A stretch of DNA of 64,000 nt, from the sequence record OP079919.1; one strand, written 5' to 3'. Within the stretch, counting starts at the first letter, position 1; the number at the start of each line of letters is the position of its first letter. Shown here piece after piece: positions 35,291 through 45,663 of this stretch. A model generated the notes under the pieces. The model was not told the origin of the DNA. It saw only the letters and a program-made list of their open reading frames with translations, and ran no database searches. A program made the position numbers and the translations under genes.

Positions 35291-36895
35291 ATGGATCAGT
35301 ACGGTGATCGTATTATTGATGCATTAACAGCGCCTGAATTTTCATCATTGCAACCAGAGGCTCAGTTTAAAACTTATGCCGAACAATACGGTGGTGACCT
35401 TTCTGACGACAAACGTTTTTATGAACCCCTTTATCCCGACTTCACTGACTATAACCGTTTGCATGATACTGCTAAGGTCGATCCGGTTTACCTGAACGAT
35501 TTCGATTTTTGTTTGGAAGAAGACCGAGAACGAATCGCATCTTTGATTCGTATGGACTTCAACACCGACACATTCGAAACCGTCGCGAGATGTAGTTGTG
35601 GGCATTTGAAGGGCAACTATTTATTGGGTCAGAAAAGATCATGTCCCATCTGTCAATCCCTTGTAGAGAAAGTCGTAGAGACTTCCTTAGATACTAAGGT
35701 ATGGGTCAGGGTTCCAGAAGGTGTAGTTGGATTTATCAGCCCGGCTTATTACAAAACCTTCTTATCGAAGATCGCGACCAATTCTCCAAAGATTGAGATC
35801 GTGACTTGGCTCATCGATCCGTCTTATCGTCGGGGAAGCCGAGCTCAGCATACTGAGTCCGGTCGTCGGATGTTGGCTGAACTCGATAAACTCGGAATAG
35901 TGCCCGGGCTTAACAGCTTTATATTGAACGCGGACAGATTCATGGAACACTTCCTTGTTGGTGAAGGAAGAGGTGCCGTGAGCATGAAGCCGGCTGATGG
36001 TAAAAAGCATTTGGATAAGTATTACGAATATCGTCATCTTATCTTCCCGCGCTATTTGTCCGTACCCAATAAACTCGCCACCATCATCGAGCAAGATGGT
36101 AAAGATAAGTACGTTTCTTCAACCCAATTGAAAACCTCGGCAATCTACCAATCTATTGCGGATACGAGGGATTCTACTGAGTTTTATAAATGTACGATTA
36201 AGGACCTTAAAGAGAACGCTGATATCGTCGGGAAGGCAATAGTTCGATTAGGTAAGCAGAACTCTGATAACTATAAGAGTCAGCTGTTTGCTAAATCGAG
36301 CCTGATACGTAAACACGTAATCGCGGGATCGTTATCTTTATCAGGTCGTGGTGTTATCACGTCAACTACCGGATTGCATGACGCCGGTGTTGCTAAGATA
36401 CCTTGGATCATGGCAGTGGCTATGCTGAAGAAACACATCCTGGGATATCTTTACCGTTTAGGGTACAGTCCCCTGAAAGCTGAAAGTGTAATCAGTACAG
36501 CAGCGCACCAAGTCGTCCCGGTTATCGATCAATTCTTTACCAAGCACGAAAAGCAAAAAGACATTGTCTGCATTTTAGGAAGAAACCCATCAATTCAGTA
36601 CCTGTCAGCAAAAGCCTTCTTTATGTCGATCAACCGAGATTTAGAAGACGAGTCGATAAACTTACCGATACTCTCGGTTAAAACCTTTAATGCTGACTTC
36701 GATGGCGATACGATGTATTGCTACGTCCTCAGCGATTTGAAAGGCAAAGCCAAAGCGTATGGGTCGTTCGGTCATCAGTCCATGCTCGATGAAAACGAAC
36801 CATTTACAATAAGTCGATTTGCTGATCAAACTTCAACGAATTTGATGAACCTCAACAACATGATGAGAGGAACACCAATCAATGAATGCGGCTGA
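35291..36895 (+). CDS. Non-virion RNA polymerase beta' N-terminal subunit (phiKZ gp55-like)
   Basis: Zinc motifs CSCG and CPIC, SGRGVI, RNPSI and the catalytic NADFDGD; uninterrupted ORF. Confidence 0.93.
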   Translation: MDQYGDRIIDALTAPEFSSLQPEAQFKTYAEQYGGDLSDDKRFYEPLYPDFTDYNRLHDTAKVDPVYLNDFDFCLEEDRERIASLIRMDFNTDTFETVARCSCGHLKGNYLLGQKRSCPICQSLVEKVVETSLDTKVWVRVPEGVVGFISPAYYKTFLSKIATNSPKIEIVTWLIDPSYRRGSRAQHTESGRRMLAELDKLGIVPGLNSFILNADRFMEHFLVGEGRGAVSMKPADGKKHLDKYYEYRHLIFPRYLSVPNKLATIIEQDGKDKYVSSTQLKTSAIYQSIADTRDSTEFYKCTIKDLKENADIVGKAIVRLGKQNSDNYKSQLFAKSSLIRKHVIAGSLSLSGRGVITSTTGLHDAGVAKIPWIMAVAMLKKHILGYLYRLGYSPLKAESVISTAAHQVVPVIDQFFTKHEKQKDIVCILGRNPSIQYLSAKAFFMSINRDLEDESINLPILSVKTFNADFDGDTMYCYVLSDLKGKAKAYGSFGHQSMLDENEPFTISRFADQTSTNLMNLNNMMRGTPINECG

Positions 36896-37517
36896 CGCGT
36901 TTAGCTTTAGTTGTGCCGGCGCTATTGACGAAGGTCGAATGCGTCAGTATGCCGGCTACGTTCAAATGAATTTTGATAACGTGAAAGGTATGGGAGGTTG
37001 GCTGGCGAAAGAAGCAGAAAAAACGTTAGACCGATTTTCTAACTTCATGAATTCCAGGGCGTGGGAGTTATCCAAAATCCTAACGGGGAATGGCGATGGT
37101 GAATACGTAGGACGATTTGACATCGGTTATTTAGGTTCCCTCAACGCTCAACAACAAGCTCAGGGATTCATGCGGGACTACATCATGGCTAACCCATTGG
37201 TTATGCAGATGTATCTTGATGGAGGATTGGAAGGCTACGGTGGTGAGTTCTCCCCGTTCTGTAATGCCGTTGGTAAGAACAACGTTTTCTATCGTAACGC
37301 CACCCATGGTATAGTACAAACTGAAACTAAAGACGATGTTCAGAAAACCTGGTTCAGTCACTTTGGTGATGTGCCGGGTACAGGAATGTCCTTTAGGGAA
37401 CAAGCGGACATCATGAGAACTTGGAAAGCGACCAATCACCTGATAGGTTCTCAACTCTTTGATATGACCTCACCATCGAATAAAAAGATGAATGAGGATA
37501 ACGAAGAGGAAACATAA
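36882..37517 (+). CDS. Conserved core hypothetical protein (211 aa)
   Basis: Overlaps the RNAP stop; synteny with the chimallivirus core block. Confidence 0.75.
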   Translation: MNAADAFSFSCAGAIDEGRMRQYAGYVQMNFDNVKGMGGWLAKEAEKTLDRFSNFMNSRAWELSKILTGNGDGEYVGRFDIGYLGSLNAQQQAQGFMRDYIMANPLVMQMYLDGGLEGYGGEFSPFCNAVGKNNVFYRNATHGIVQTETKDDVQKTWFSHFGDVPGTGMSFREQADIMRTWKATNHLIGSQLFDMTSPSNKKMNEDNEEET

Positions 37518-37565
37518 ACATTTTTGGGGGGGGGAACTCCCCCATTTAACATCGAGAGTAAACTT

Positions 37566-37928
37566 ATGAATAGCGAACAAACCAAACCCATGCATAGTGT
37601 TTTTATGCAAATCATCAGTTCCGAAGAAATCGGTAATTTGAAGAATGCCGTTCGGAATACCGAATTCCTTTTAGCCGAATTAGGCGAATCGGAAGACGGC
37701 AAACCACTGGATCCATCCCATCTGATCTTTATTGTAACCGACATGTCTTTTGACGAACACGGAAACTTGATGGGAAGAGTAACTCCCACCGGCCCATACA
37801 AGGACAAGGGACGGGAATGGATTTCGACTAAAAAATATAAAACACCTATTTTTAAGTTTATTCCGAGAGTGGCCACGAATAACCGCAATTGGACCTTCAT
37901 CAATAAACTCGACGTGGTGGTCAAATAA
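37566..37928 (+). CDS. Hypothetical protein (120 aa)
   Basis: ATG 37566 after GAGAG; stop overlaps the next ATG. Confidence 0.65.
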   Translation: MNSEQTKPMHSVFMQIISSEEIGNLKNAVRNTEFLLAELGESEDGKPLDPSHLIFIVTDMSFDEHGNLMGRVTPTGPYKDKGREWISTKKYKTPIFKFIPRVATNNRNWTFINKLDVVVK

Positions 37929-38290
37929 TGGAAACCACCCGGGATTATACAGCGAAGATCAAATGGCCTTTTGTTGTTGTGTTTAATCTCAAAGATGGTC
38001 CGGAGGAAACTTCCTCCGTGATCATTAAAACCAGGATCCCTTCTGGCGGATATAAGGAATTCCACATCTACTTAAAAGATTTAATCGACCGTGCTCGTTT
38101 AAACGTTCGAGGGTCAATCTCGGATAAAGATTTCTTAACCGATATCAGCGAGTATTTTATTTCGTCTGTTGCTTCTAAATCAGCGGATAAGAAAACCTTG
38201 GCTGAGGCCTGTCGGTCGGTTTTAGAAGGAAACGTGTTTAATCGTAAGATATTCGTTCCCTTTTACGGACTCAGGCCGAGAGAAGAATAA
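37928..38290 (+). CDS. Hypothetical protein (120 aa)
   Basis: TAATG coupling. Confidence 0.65.
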   Translation: METTRDYTAKIKWPFVVVFNLKDGPEETSSVIIKTRIPSGGYKEFHIYLKDLIDRARLNVRGSISDKDFLTDISEYFISSVASKSADKKTLAEACRSVLEGNVFNRKIFVPFYGLRPREE

Positions 38291-38367
38291 TTGACATGCA
38301 GATAATTATACATCGATATTATCATGGTGTATAAACAAATGAATATTTTATTTATAAGGAATCTATT

Positions 38368-38493
38368 ATGTCGATCATCGCCTCTATCGCTATCGTTGTT
38401 ATTATTACCGCAGTAGTTTACACTCTCACCAAAGATGCCGTGGAAGAAATCTTCCCGGCTCGTAAAGAAATGGCTGTTCGTAACAAACGTTAA
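38368..38493 (+). CDS. Small membrane protein (41 aa), not in the ORF track
   Basis: AAGGA RBS; MSIIASIAIVVIITAVVYTLTKDAVEEIFPARKEMAVRNKR; candidate promoter 38314-38333 and terminator 38504-38525. Confidence 0.75.
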   Translation: MSIIASIAIVVIITAVVYTLTKDAVEEIFPARKEMAVRNKR

Positions 38494-38548
38494 TTTATTG
38501 TTACTCCCCTCCTTTCGGAGGGGAGCCTAACCATGATTATTTTTTTTC

Positions 38549-38956
38549 ATGAGGTTCATGATGACCGGATTTTGCGTAGCAACAATGTCGACGTTGGGCT
38601 TTATTGCCGATGACGTTAAGCTCGCCATGGACAGGCATCTCACTTATTGGTTTGCGTCCAGACGCGATCAAAATAAGTTAATAGGTGAAGTTGATTCCTT
38701 TGAATACCTTTTGATGACCTATCAAGGTAATCGGAGCGCTTTGGTCAGTAATGTTGAAAGCGCGCTCAGGACTTACTTCCAGCAGATTTTCAGTACTGTA
38801 GAAGTTCAAGTAACTGATACTGATATGCCGGGCGAAACGGAAAACTTTACACTGGTCATGGCGCTTAGAGTCACCCATGAAGGTGTTGCTTATGATCTCC
38901 AAAACGCCGTTATCGTATCTGGCGCTTCTTATACTCTTCTTCCGAGAGGTAATTAA
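38549..38956 (+). CDS. Conserved core hypothetical protein (start uncertain)
   Basis: First gene of the operon leading to the SbcD-like nuclease. Confidence 0.7.
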   Translation: MRFMMTGFCVATMSTLGFIADDVKLAMDRHLTYWFASRRDQNKLIGEVDSFEYLLMTYQGNRSALVSNVESALRTYFQQIFSTVEVQVTDTDMPGETENFTLVMALRVTHEGVAYDLQNAVIVSGASYTLLPRGN

Positions 38957-38958
38957 TA

Positions 38959-39720
38959 ATGTCTGATAAAATGCCATCCGAACACTACGCGCTTAAATTC
39001 TTAGAGGGCGGTACCCCTAAGGTTATCAATGGTAAGCGCTACCTGGAAATGAACGGCGAATTGGTGAACGTCGCCACTTCTATTTCAGAGGCGACCTTCG
39101 TCAGAGACTGGCTTCTGGGGTTCTCTTTGGGTTACGTTGGAGAGAAGTCTTATTTTGATTTCGCGCGGTGGATGGAAATCAGTAACGAAGGTCGTTCAGC
39201 GGTTATCGTCCATGACAATGAAGACGAAAATAAACCCGTCTTCGTCGTCCCTCCTCTGACCGATACGAAAATGACAGCTCAGGAAATGGAAGTTCTTCAA
39301 GTAGCCGCTGGCGTGATGAGCAATGCTTATGGTGCACAATTCGGCGGATCGACCAGTAGAAGTACCGAGATACTCCTACAGGGCCTGTCCATTATTCAAA
39401 AAGGTCTGCAGTCTGGCGAATACACCATAACTGATCTCGTCCCATCCTTCATCTATGAAAAATACTCGATCAATCCTCGTGTATTTAAAAAGATGATGCA
39501 CTGCAAAAATACCTTTGGATTGGACACCAATGATGAAAGCTGGAAAGTATTAGAAGCTTGCTTCAGGGTCATCGACGAAGGTAAAGTGTTAAAACAACAA
39601 CAGTACGACTTCTTAATGGCGATCACGCAAAATACAGCAATCGTCCCTGATCAATGTAAACCTGACAGTAAAAATAAACAGGAAGATCAATTTACAGAGA
39701 TCAACCCATTTGAGTGTTAA
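38959..39720 (+). CDS. Conserved core hypothetical protein (253 aa)
   Basis: GAGG RBS; coupled to the nuclease gene. Confidence 0.75.
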   Translation: MSDKMPSEHYALKFLEGGTPKVINGKRYLEMNGELVNVATSISEATFVRDWLLGFSLGYVGEKSYFDFARWMEISNEGRSAVIVHDNEDENKPVFVVPPLTDTKMTAQEMEVLQVAAGVMSNAYGAQFGGSTSRSTEILLQGLSIIQKGLQSGEYTITDLVPSFIYEKYSINPRVFKKMMHCKNTFGLDTNDESWKVLEACFRVIDEGKVLKQQQYDFLMAITQNTAIVPDQCKPDSKNKQEDQFTEINPFEC

Positions 39721-40853
39721 GCATGATTAATTCCCCCAAGAAAATTAGGATGTTGTGGTCAAGTGATCATCACACACTTCATGAAGGTACCCCCACAGTT
39801 CACATCTTAAGTAACCTGGGGGAATTCTTTTATAAGTACAATTCCCTGGCAGAAACTGACATCGTTGTTTTTGGCGGTGATTTTTTTCATAAGCTAGTCG
39901 ATGCTTCTAACAGCTCGATGCGTTTATGTGAATATTGGATTAACAAATTTTTAATTCGGTGTGCTGAAAATAACGTTGTGGTGAGAGTACTGGAAGGGAC
40001 GAGTTCTCACGACTGGGAACAACCGGAAATATTCCAAATATTGAGCCCGGATAACCTTGATTTAAAATGGGTTAAAGAGCTGAGTATTGAACGCATTGAA
40101 AAACTGGATATGACCGTGCTTTACGTTCCGGATAACATGGGGGGTAAGAAGCCCGAGGTTATTTGGGATGAGGTCATCGATCTTCTAACTAAACATAACC
40201 TGGAGAAAGTAGATTTTATCTTTTTCCACGGATCGTTTAAATACCAGTTAGACGAACGTTTCAGTAAACACAGTCACGATGAAAAATTGTGGTCAACCAT
40301 TGTTAACTATTATATCTTTGCCGGGCACATCCACAAACCTTCAGAATGTGGGCCGATTAGATGTTCGGGATCCTTCGATAGAACGGGTCATTCAGAGGAA
40401 CATCCTAAGGGCGGATATATCGTTGATTACTTCCCAGACGATAAGAAGTGTACCGCCACCTTTTATGAGAATAAAAAGGCGCTGCCTTATATCACCCTGA
40501 GAATTACACCGGAAACAACAACAGAAGAACTAAATGATAAGCTTGGGTTCCTAATGGATAAGCGATACCCCAAAGCCAGTCATTTTTGGATTAGAGGAGG
40601 GAATCCTCTCGTCGTTAATCCGATCATTCAGTTCTTCAAACAACAGTATCCTCAGTATGACTTTAAGAAAGAAAACGTCGTTACTCACGAAGCAGTAATT
40701 GACGATGAACTTTATACTGAAGATCTTTATTCTGGTATAACGTTAACGAAAGATAACATCATCCCTTCTCTAATGGGCTATTTGAATAAGAAGATTTTGT
40801 TAGTGGATGAAGAGTTAGATTCCCTAACAAAAACAATGGAGGAGTTTATCTAA
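39714..40853 (+). CDS. SbcD/Mre11-like metallophosphoesterase nuclease
   Basis: SDHH, GGDFF, GTSSHD, FHG and GHIH calcineurin-like motifs. Confidence 0.9.
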   Translation: MLSMINSPKKIRMLWSSDHHTLHEGTPTVHILSNLGEFFYKYNSLAETDIVVFGGDFFHKLVDASNSSMRLCEYWINKFLIRCAENNVVVRVLEGTSSHDWEQPEIFQILSPDNLDLKWVKELSIERIEKLDMTVLYVPDNMGGKKPEVIWDEVIDLLTKHNLEKVDFIFFHGSFKYQLDERFSKHSHDEKLWSTIVNYYIFAGHIHKPSECGPIRCSGSFDRTGHSEEHPKGGYIVDYFPDDKKCTATFYENKKALPYITLRITPETTTEELNDKLGFLMDKRYPKASHFWIRGGNPLVVNPIIQFFKQQYPQYDFKKENVVTHEAVIDDELYTEDLYSGITLTKDNIIPSLMGYLNKKILLVDEELDSLTKTMEEFI

Positions 40854-41653
40854 TGAGGGCGTTAGGGGCGTTAAATATCTCGGTAGGGACGTCTTTAGCA
40901 TTCGAAGGGGCGGCTAAAATACAGTTGCTCCAATCGGACTCCTTACTTATCAATCTACGGACGATAGCACGTAATGCCAGGGAGGCTTACGATAAAGATG
41001 ATTCCGACGGAAAGGATGTTGATCTTCTTACAGCAGCGGCAAGCGATGATTTGATAGGTCTTATTAAAACCGTTCAGGGATGGATGGGACAAAAAACGAT
41101 CAATCTTATCGTTTATCTTCCTTCTTACAGATCGCTCCCTAAGATTTTTAAAAGGGCGAATCTCTGGGAACCGACAACGGATATCCAGAAAGAAAAAGAT
41201 AGACTTGATACCGCCGTACTGAATAATTTAAAAAAACGGTTCGGGGCTAATATTAAGGAAACGGACGTCAACCTTCCTGAATTTATAGGGAATGGTTTGA
41301 TTTTAACGCATCACCCCATTGATCTTGTAATGACAGGAAGTGGAACAAGGTTGCGTTTAATCGAATCCTATACTGGGACTTTGAAAGGACATTCTCAGTG
41401 GTACACAAAATTTTCCGGTGGGGAAAAACTGTTTAACATTCCCCTAAACAAATTAACCATTCAGATATTCGGGGATGGACCGGTTAATTTTAAATCGGAA
41501 AAAAGTCATAAACTTAAAGACCTAATAAAAGATATCGCTATTAAAGGTAAATGGACCTCGGTAACGACTCTGGACGCAGTGAGATCTAGTATCAATGTTC
41601 ACGCTAAAGGATTTGACCGAGATGGGTTATTAATACTTTTAAACGGCGGGTAG
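40853..41653 (+). CDS. Conserved core protein, possibly nuclease-fold
   Basis: TAATG coupling, GGAGGAG RBS; function not established from sequence. Confidence 0.7.
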   Translation: MRALGALNISVGTSLAFEGAAKIQLLQSDSLLINLRTIARNAREAYDKDDSDGKDVDLLTAAASDDLIGLIKTVQGWMGQKTINLIVYLPSYRSLPKIFKRANLWEPTTDIQKEKDRLDTAVLNNLKKRFGANIKETDVNLPEFIGNGLILTHHPIDLVMTGSGTRLRLIESYTGTLKGHSQWYTKFSGGEKLFNIPLNKLTIQIFGDGPVNFKSEKSHKLKDLIKDIAIKGKWTSVTTLDAVRSSINVHAKGFDRDGLLILLNGG

Positions 41654-41693
41654 CTTTATATTAGCACAAACCCAATTTCAAAGGATTTACGTC

Positions 41694-42437
41694 ATGAGTG
41701 ATTTCAACAACGGTAACAATGGTAACTCCCGTCCCAAAACTCCACTGAACGATTATCGTTACCCGCACCCTAAAACCAAAGAACCTCTTCCGGGCGGCAA
41801 ATACCCTGCGCAAGCGTACTGGGAACTGACCGCCGCTGGTAAGGTCGTTTTCAAAGTACAAGACGGTGTGTTCGGCGGCGGCGATAACGCGTACAAGAAA
41901 AAAGAAATTGAAATGATCGCGTTCGAGCGCAATGCCATCTTCCAGCTTCTGAGAGAAGCAGCGACCGATCCCAATTTCACCAAATCCCAATACACTGTTC
42001 GTGATCGCCAATTCATTCGTGAAGGTGGTCAGGCTAAGATGTCCGACAACCCGATGACCATCGGTGTGTTTACCGTCATCCGCGATTCGAACGGTGTTGT
42101 TCAGCTCGGATTCAGCAAGTCTGATTTCAAAGCTCTGTTCGTTTTCGACAATGCCCGCGAATCCACTCTGGTCGATTTTGTCGACGGCGAATTCAAACCA
42201 GCTCACGCTCGCATGAGTCGTCTGTATGTCCTCGGTTATCTTTCGGCCGTGGAAGGCTGGCTGAACGCTGCTGAGTTCTCTCGCTACCAACCGCCTAAAC
42301 CGAAAAATGGTGGTAACGGTGGCGGCGGTGGCTGGAACAACAATAACGGTGGCAACCGCGGTAATGGCGGCGGTAACAGCTGGGGCGGTGGTGGCAACGC
42401 ACCGGCCGATGACTTCGCGGAAGACATTCCGTTCTAA
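41694..42437 (+). CDS. chmC: Probable ChmC nucleus-associated nucleic-acid-binding protein
   Basis: Asn/Gly-rich disordered termini around a folded core; gene order ChmC, sigma-like subunit, PicA as in phiPA3/Goslar; ends DDFAEDIPF. Confidence 0.68.
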   Translation: MSDFNNGNNGNSRPKTPLNDYRYPHPKTKEPLPGGKYPAQAYWELTAAGKVVFKVQDGVFGGGDNAYKKKEIEMIAFERNAIFQLLREAATDPNFTKSQYTVRDRQFIREGGQAKMSDNPMTIGVFTVIRDSNGVVQLGFSKSDFKALFVFDNARESTLVDFVDGEFKPAHARMSRLYVLGYLSAVEGWLNAAEFSRYQPPKPKNGGNGGGGGWNNNNGGNRGNGGGNSWGGGGNAPADDFAEDIPF

Positions 42438-42451
42438 ACACAAAGATACTC

Positions 42452-42477
42452 TCTCCTACTCTCTAGGGAGTAGGAGA
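42452..42477 (+). terminator. Intrinsic terminator
   Basis: TCTCCTACTCT/GGAGTAGGAGA stem with T-rich tail. Confidence 0.75.
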
Positions 42478-42555
42478 TTACTTTTCGTTATAATTTTTTA
42501 GCACTATATTATTTACTGGTAAACCCCGGCTATAAAAATTATTGGGAGTAATAAC

Positions 42556-44142
42556 GTGGAATTTAAACTCAGTTTAAAACAGAGTGGGAAAAGTCCATTT
42601 GCTGGAGTTATTGCGCAATATGGCGAAAGCATTATCGAGTTCAAAGGCAGTGGCAGATTAAATTGTGGTACGATTTACGATGATCTTTTCTTTTCTTTTA
42701 ACGAATACGTCGGGCATTTAGAAGAAAAGAATAAGGCCCGTTTATGGGAACTAATGGTTGCGGGTAAGACCATTTTGGACCCTTCTTATTTCGACATTGA
42801 TAACGTCGACGAAGAACTGATGTTGAACAACCGGGATTATAATTTCCTCGTTAAGAAACTCAAACCCATCGTCGCTGAAATCTTCGATGTGTTGAAAATG
42901 AAGAACTATGAGTACTTCATGGAACAGTCCGGGTATATCGATCCACCTAAAGATCTTACCTCGATGTCTGGTCTTGGGGAGTATCCCGCTGAGACAACTA
43001 TCACCGCCGAAGATTATCGTAATCTGGCAGCGTTGGTTTTAGGTTTACGCGGCCCACTGCCCATCATCACCGAGATGATTTATAAAGTCGAGAGCATCGC
43101 CGGTAAAGCATATAAGGAAGTCGTAGCTGGGGATCTGATAAATGATATCGAGTGGGTCAAGCAACACGTCGGCTGGAATCGTTTAAACGAGTATATTTCT
43201 TTTACTTATAGCGCGAAGGGAAGGGGGCCTAATGGACTGAGAATCGATATTGTCAGTGACGATCGATTCACTACTCATGTCGTCTATAAGGCGTTGTTCG
43301 GGCGTTTATGTTTAAGTCACGTGCCCAGCAAAGATCCACGAAAGAATTTGGTTAAATCGCTTTATTCCATCGTCAACCAATCCGACAAAGTTCCTAGTAG
43401 TGTAAGGGAAAAGAAAGGAGGGGGTAAAGACGAGAGTAACGATAGAAGGAGTTCTTACGAGATCTATCAGTTACGAGAAGAAGTGAACGCAACCGATGAA
43501 GCGGCTGTGGCCGAGTTCTTTACGTTCGGTATGTTTGATGAAGATGACAATCCGATTTATAAAGATCGATTCGTACATCAGTGTAACGGTTTGAACATAG
43601 CTGATCCTAACAAAGCAGAAATTCTACATGATCTTCTGCCGGATAACTGGGATTATGAACCGAGACAGCATATCGTTAAATTGTGTCAGATGGCTTTCTC
43701 TGACGACATTCCTTTTAACATTTATTATGCACTGGATTATCATCAATTGATGTCGGCCATTGTGTTGGCTCAGTTAAAGCTACATCAAATGGGATATCCT
43801 CACCTCGCGGTATTGTTAACGTCAGTTGAGGATCCTGAAGGTGAGCGGATCAACGCAGACGTAATCTTCTCTTTAAACCAAACAGAACGTCAACGTATCG
43901 AATCGTTATGTGATGTAGTTAAAGGAGACGGGGCCACATCAACTAATAACGAAGCAGTATCAGCGGCACTTGAGTTCTTTAAGGAACTCGGCAACAGTGC
44001 ATGGCAGTCAACCATAGAGCTTGGTCTTATCGATGACGATAAAGCTTTAGAAAGTGCACCACGCGGTTTTTTATACGAAGTCAATTTGGATATTCAGATT
44101 AAAGAAGAGTTCATTCGTCTTTATGAAGAAATCAACAGTTAA
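42556..44142 (+). CDS. nvRNAP promoter-specificity (sigma-like) subunit, phiKZ gp68-like
   Basis: 528 aa; GGGAG RBS; candidate promoter 42504-42523; identification by synteny and size. Confidence 0.68.
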   Translation: MEFKLSLKQSGKSPFAGVIAQYGESIIEFKGSGRLNCGTIYDDLFFSFNEYVGHLEEKNKARLWELMVAGKTILDPSYFDIDNVDEELMLNNRDYNFLVKKLKPIVAEIFDVLKMKNYEYFMEQSGYIDPPKDLTSMSGLGEYPAETTITAEDYRNLAALVLGLRGPLPIITEMIYKVESIAGKAYKEVVAGDLINDIEWVKQHVGWNRLNEYISFTYSAKGRGPNGLRIDIVSDDRFTTHVVYKALFGRLCLSHVPSKDPRKNLVKSLYSIVNQSDKVPSSVREKKGGGKDESNDRRSSYEIYQLREEVNATDEAAVAEFFTFGMFDEDDNPIYKDRFVHQCNGLNIADPNKAEILHDLLPDNWDYEPRQHIVKLCQMAFSDDIPFNIYYALDYHQLMSAIVLAQLKLHQMGYPHLAVLLTSVEDPEGERINADVIFSLNQTERQRIESLCDVVKGDGATSTNNEAVSAALEFFKELGNSAWQSTIELGLIDDDKALESAPRGFLYEVNLDIQIKEEFIRLYEEINS

Positions 44143-44175
44143 CATCCCCCATTAATCTTTTTAGGAATAATCATC

Positions 44176-45648
44176 ATGTCTACTGAAGGCAAAATCTATC
44201 TGGTCCGTGCGCGTTTTGGTTTGGCAAACATCTATCAAAATCAGGTAAACAGAACACAGAGCATGAGCATCAACTCCCAAGATGTCGATCTGCTCAACGT
44301 TTCAAAAATTAATGGTCGGGTCAGTCAGAACACATTGCACGAAATCGGCGTGCGGACAGGTGGAGTGTCCACTCAAGCCGACGGTTACGCGTTTATCGAA
44401 GATGGCTGGGACGCACCCCGTCGTGGGCTGGCGATGCTTGAATTCGAAATTGAATCAGCAATGAACGTCGAAGAAAAACTTCATATCCTCGGTTATCTGG
44501 CCGGCGGCAGTCCGTCTATTGATGAAGGCATTCCAGAAGACGTTATGTTTGTGCCGGTGCGTAATTGGGTGGTTAACAAAACCATGCAAATGATGCATAC
44601 CGGTCTGATGAAGTCCACAAGTAATTTGACAAGTGCGTCTCAGGTCCTTTTAAACAACCCGATGGCTTCAGGTGGCTCGTTCGCTATTCGTCCTCTGGAT
44701 ATTGTTGACGGTGCCTCAGGTATGGTTGCTGATGACGTCCAGGACCAATCGATGAATGGCGGGATGGAATCCCAGTATGTCGGAACCAGTAACTCCATCC
44801 TTCAGCATACTGGCGCTGCTTACTCTAAAGCCAAAAACCAATCTCCGGGGGAATATGCGAAACAATTGCTCAAGTCGAGTTTACGAGCCGGGTCCTCTAT
44901 GGAGACTTCTCGTGATCCGTATGGATCCATGGGTGATGCGTGCATGGACCCTGGTCTGAGCGAGACGGCCCTGCATCGAGACCCGTTCTTTAAAACCATG
45001 CGTCATGCGTTAGGTATGGGTCAGATGCAAGGATTCCAAGGTTTCTCCGTGGGTCAGATTGCATACGTCTTTGAGAATCTTCCTGACGTTATGGATATCA
45101 ATGCGTGTGACGGAGATCGTTTCCAGATAGAAGATCATCGCTTGACGACGAATGAGTTGGGTTCGTCTAACTATAACGAAATCATCGGTAATGAGTTGAG
45201 TAGCCTGGCGCAGTACATTCTCGTTGAATCAGAGTTGGGTTACCTGGACATCGCGGCAACTAACAATGTCCAGAATTCCGTCGATAACGTCAATGGAATG
45301 CCGGTAGGTTTCGTTGTAGGCGAATGTGGTCTGCTGGTTGACGGACTGGAAGGTTCTTTGGAGGAACGTGTCGAGAAAGCAAAAGAGCTCTTCTTGAGCC
45401 ATTTCTTCTTGAAGTACGCTACTCCGTATCTGCACGACCGTACTTTGATCAGCTTCCGTATGACGATGCGTCTCTTCGGCGAAACCGTTATCGAGATCTT
45501 CACCAATGGCGATGAAAGCAACAAACGCCGTATCGCTTTCCCGACCTTCTCGACTAACCGGACCGATCTGACTCTGGCGTCTATGGAATCTGCGGTTAAT
45601 ACCGGCACGACTTTCTTCCGTAACCTGAAAGACTATTTTAACTTTTAA
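44176..45648 (+). CDS. picA: Probable phage-nucleus import factor PicA/Imp1 (phiKZ gp69-like)
   Basis: 490 aa directly after the gp68-like gene in the conserved block; synteny only. Confidence 0.62.
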   Translation: MSTEGKIYLVRARFGLANIYQNQVNRTQSMSINSQDVDLLNVSKINGRVSQNTLHEIGVRTGGVSTQADGYAFIEDGWDAPRRGLAMLEFEIESAMNVEEKLHILGYLAGGSPSIDEGIPEDVMFVPVRNWVVNKTMQMMHTGLMKSTSNLTSASQVLLNNPMASGGSFAIRPLDIVDGASGMVADDVQDQSMNGGMESQYVGTSNSILQHTGAAYSKAKNQSPGEYAKQLLKSSLRAGSSMETSRDPYGSMGDACMDPGLSETALHRDPFFKTMRHALGMGQMQGFQGFSVGQIAYVFENLPDVMDINACDGDRFQIEDHRLTTNELGSSNYNEIIGNELSSLAQYILVESELGYLDIAATNNVQNSVDNVNGMPVGFVVGECGLLVDGLEGSLEERVEKAKELFLSHFFLKYATPYLHDRTLISFRMTMRLFGETVIEIFTNGDESNKRRIAFPTFSTNRTDLTLASMESAVNTGTTFFRNLKDYFNF

Positions 45649-45663
45649 TAGGAACGTTTAATA

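Noticed and set aside
37526-37534. G9 homopolymer as a phase-variation site
   Set aside because: Intergenic and part of a GGGGG/CCCCC hairpin, upstream of the likely start at 37566; may also be a sequencing artefact.
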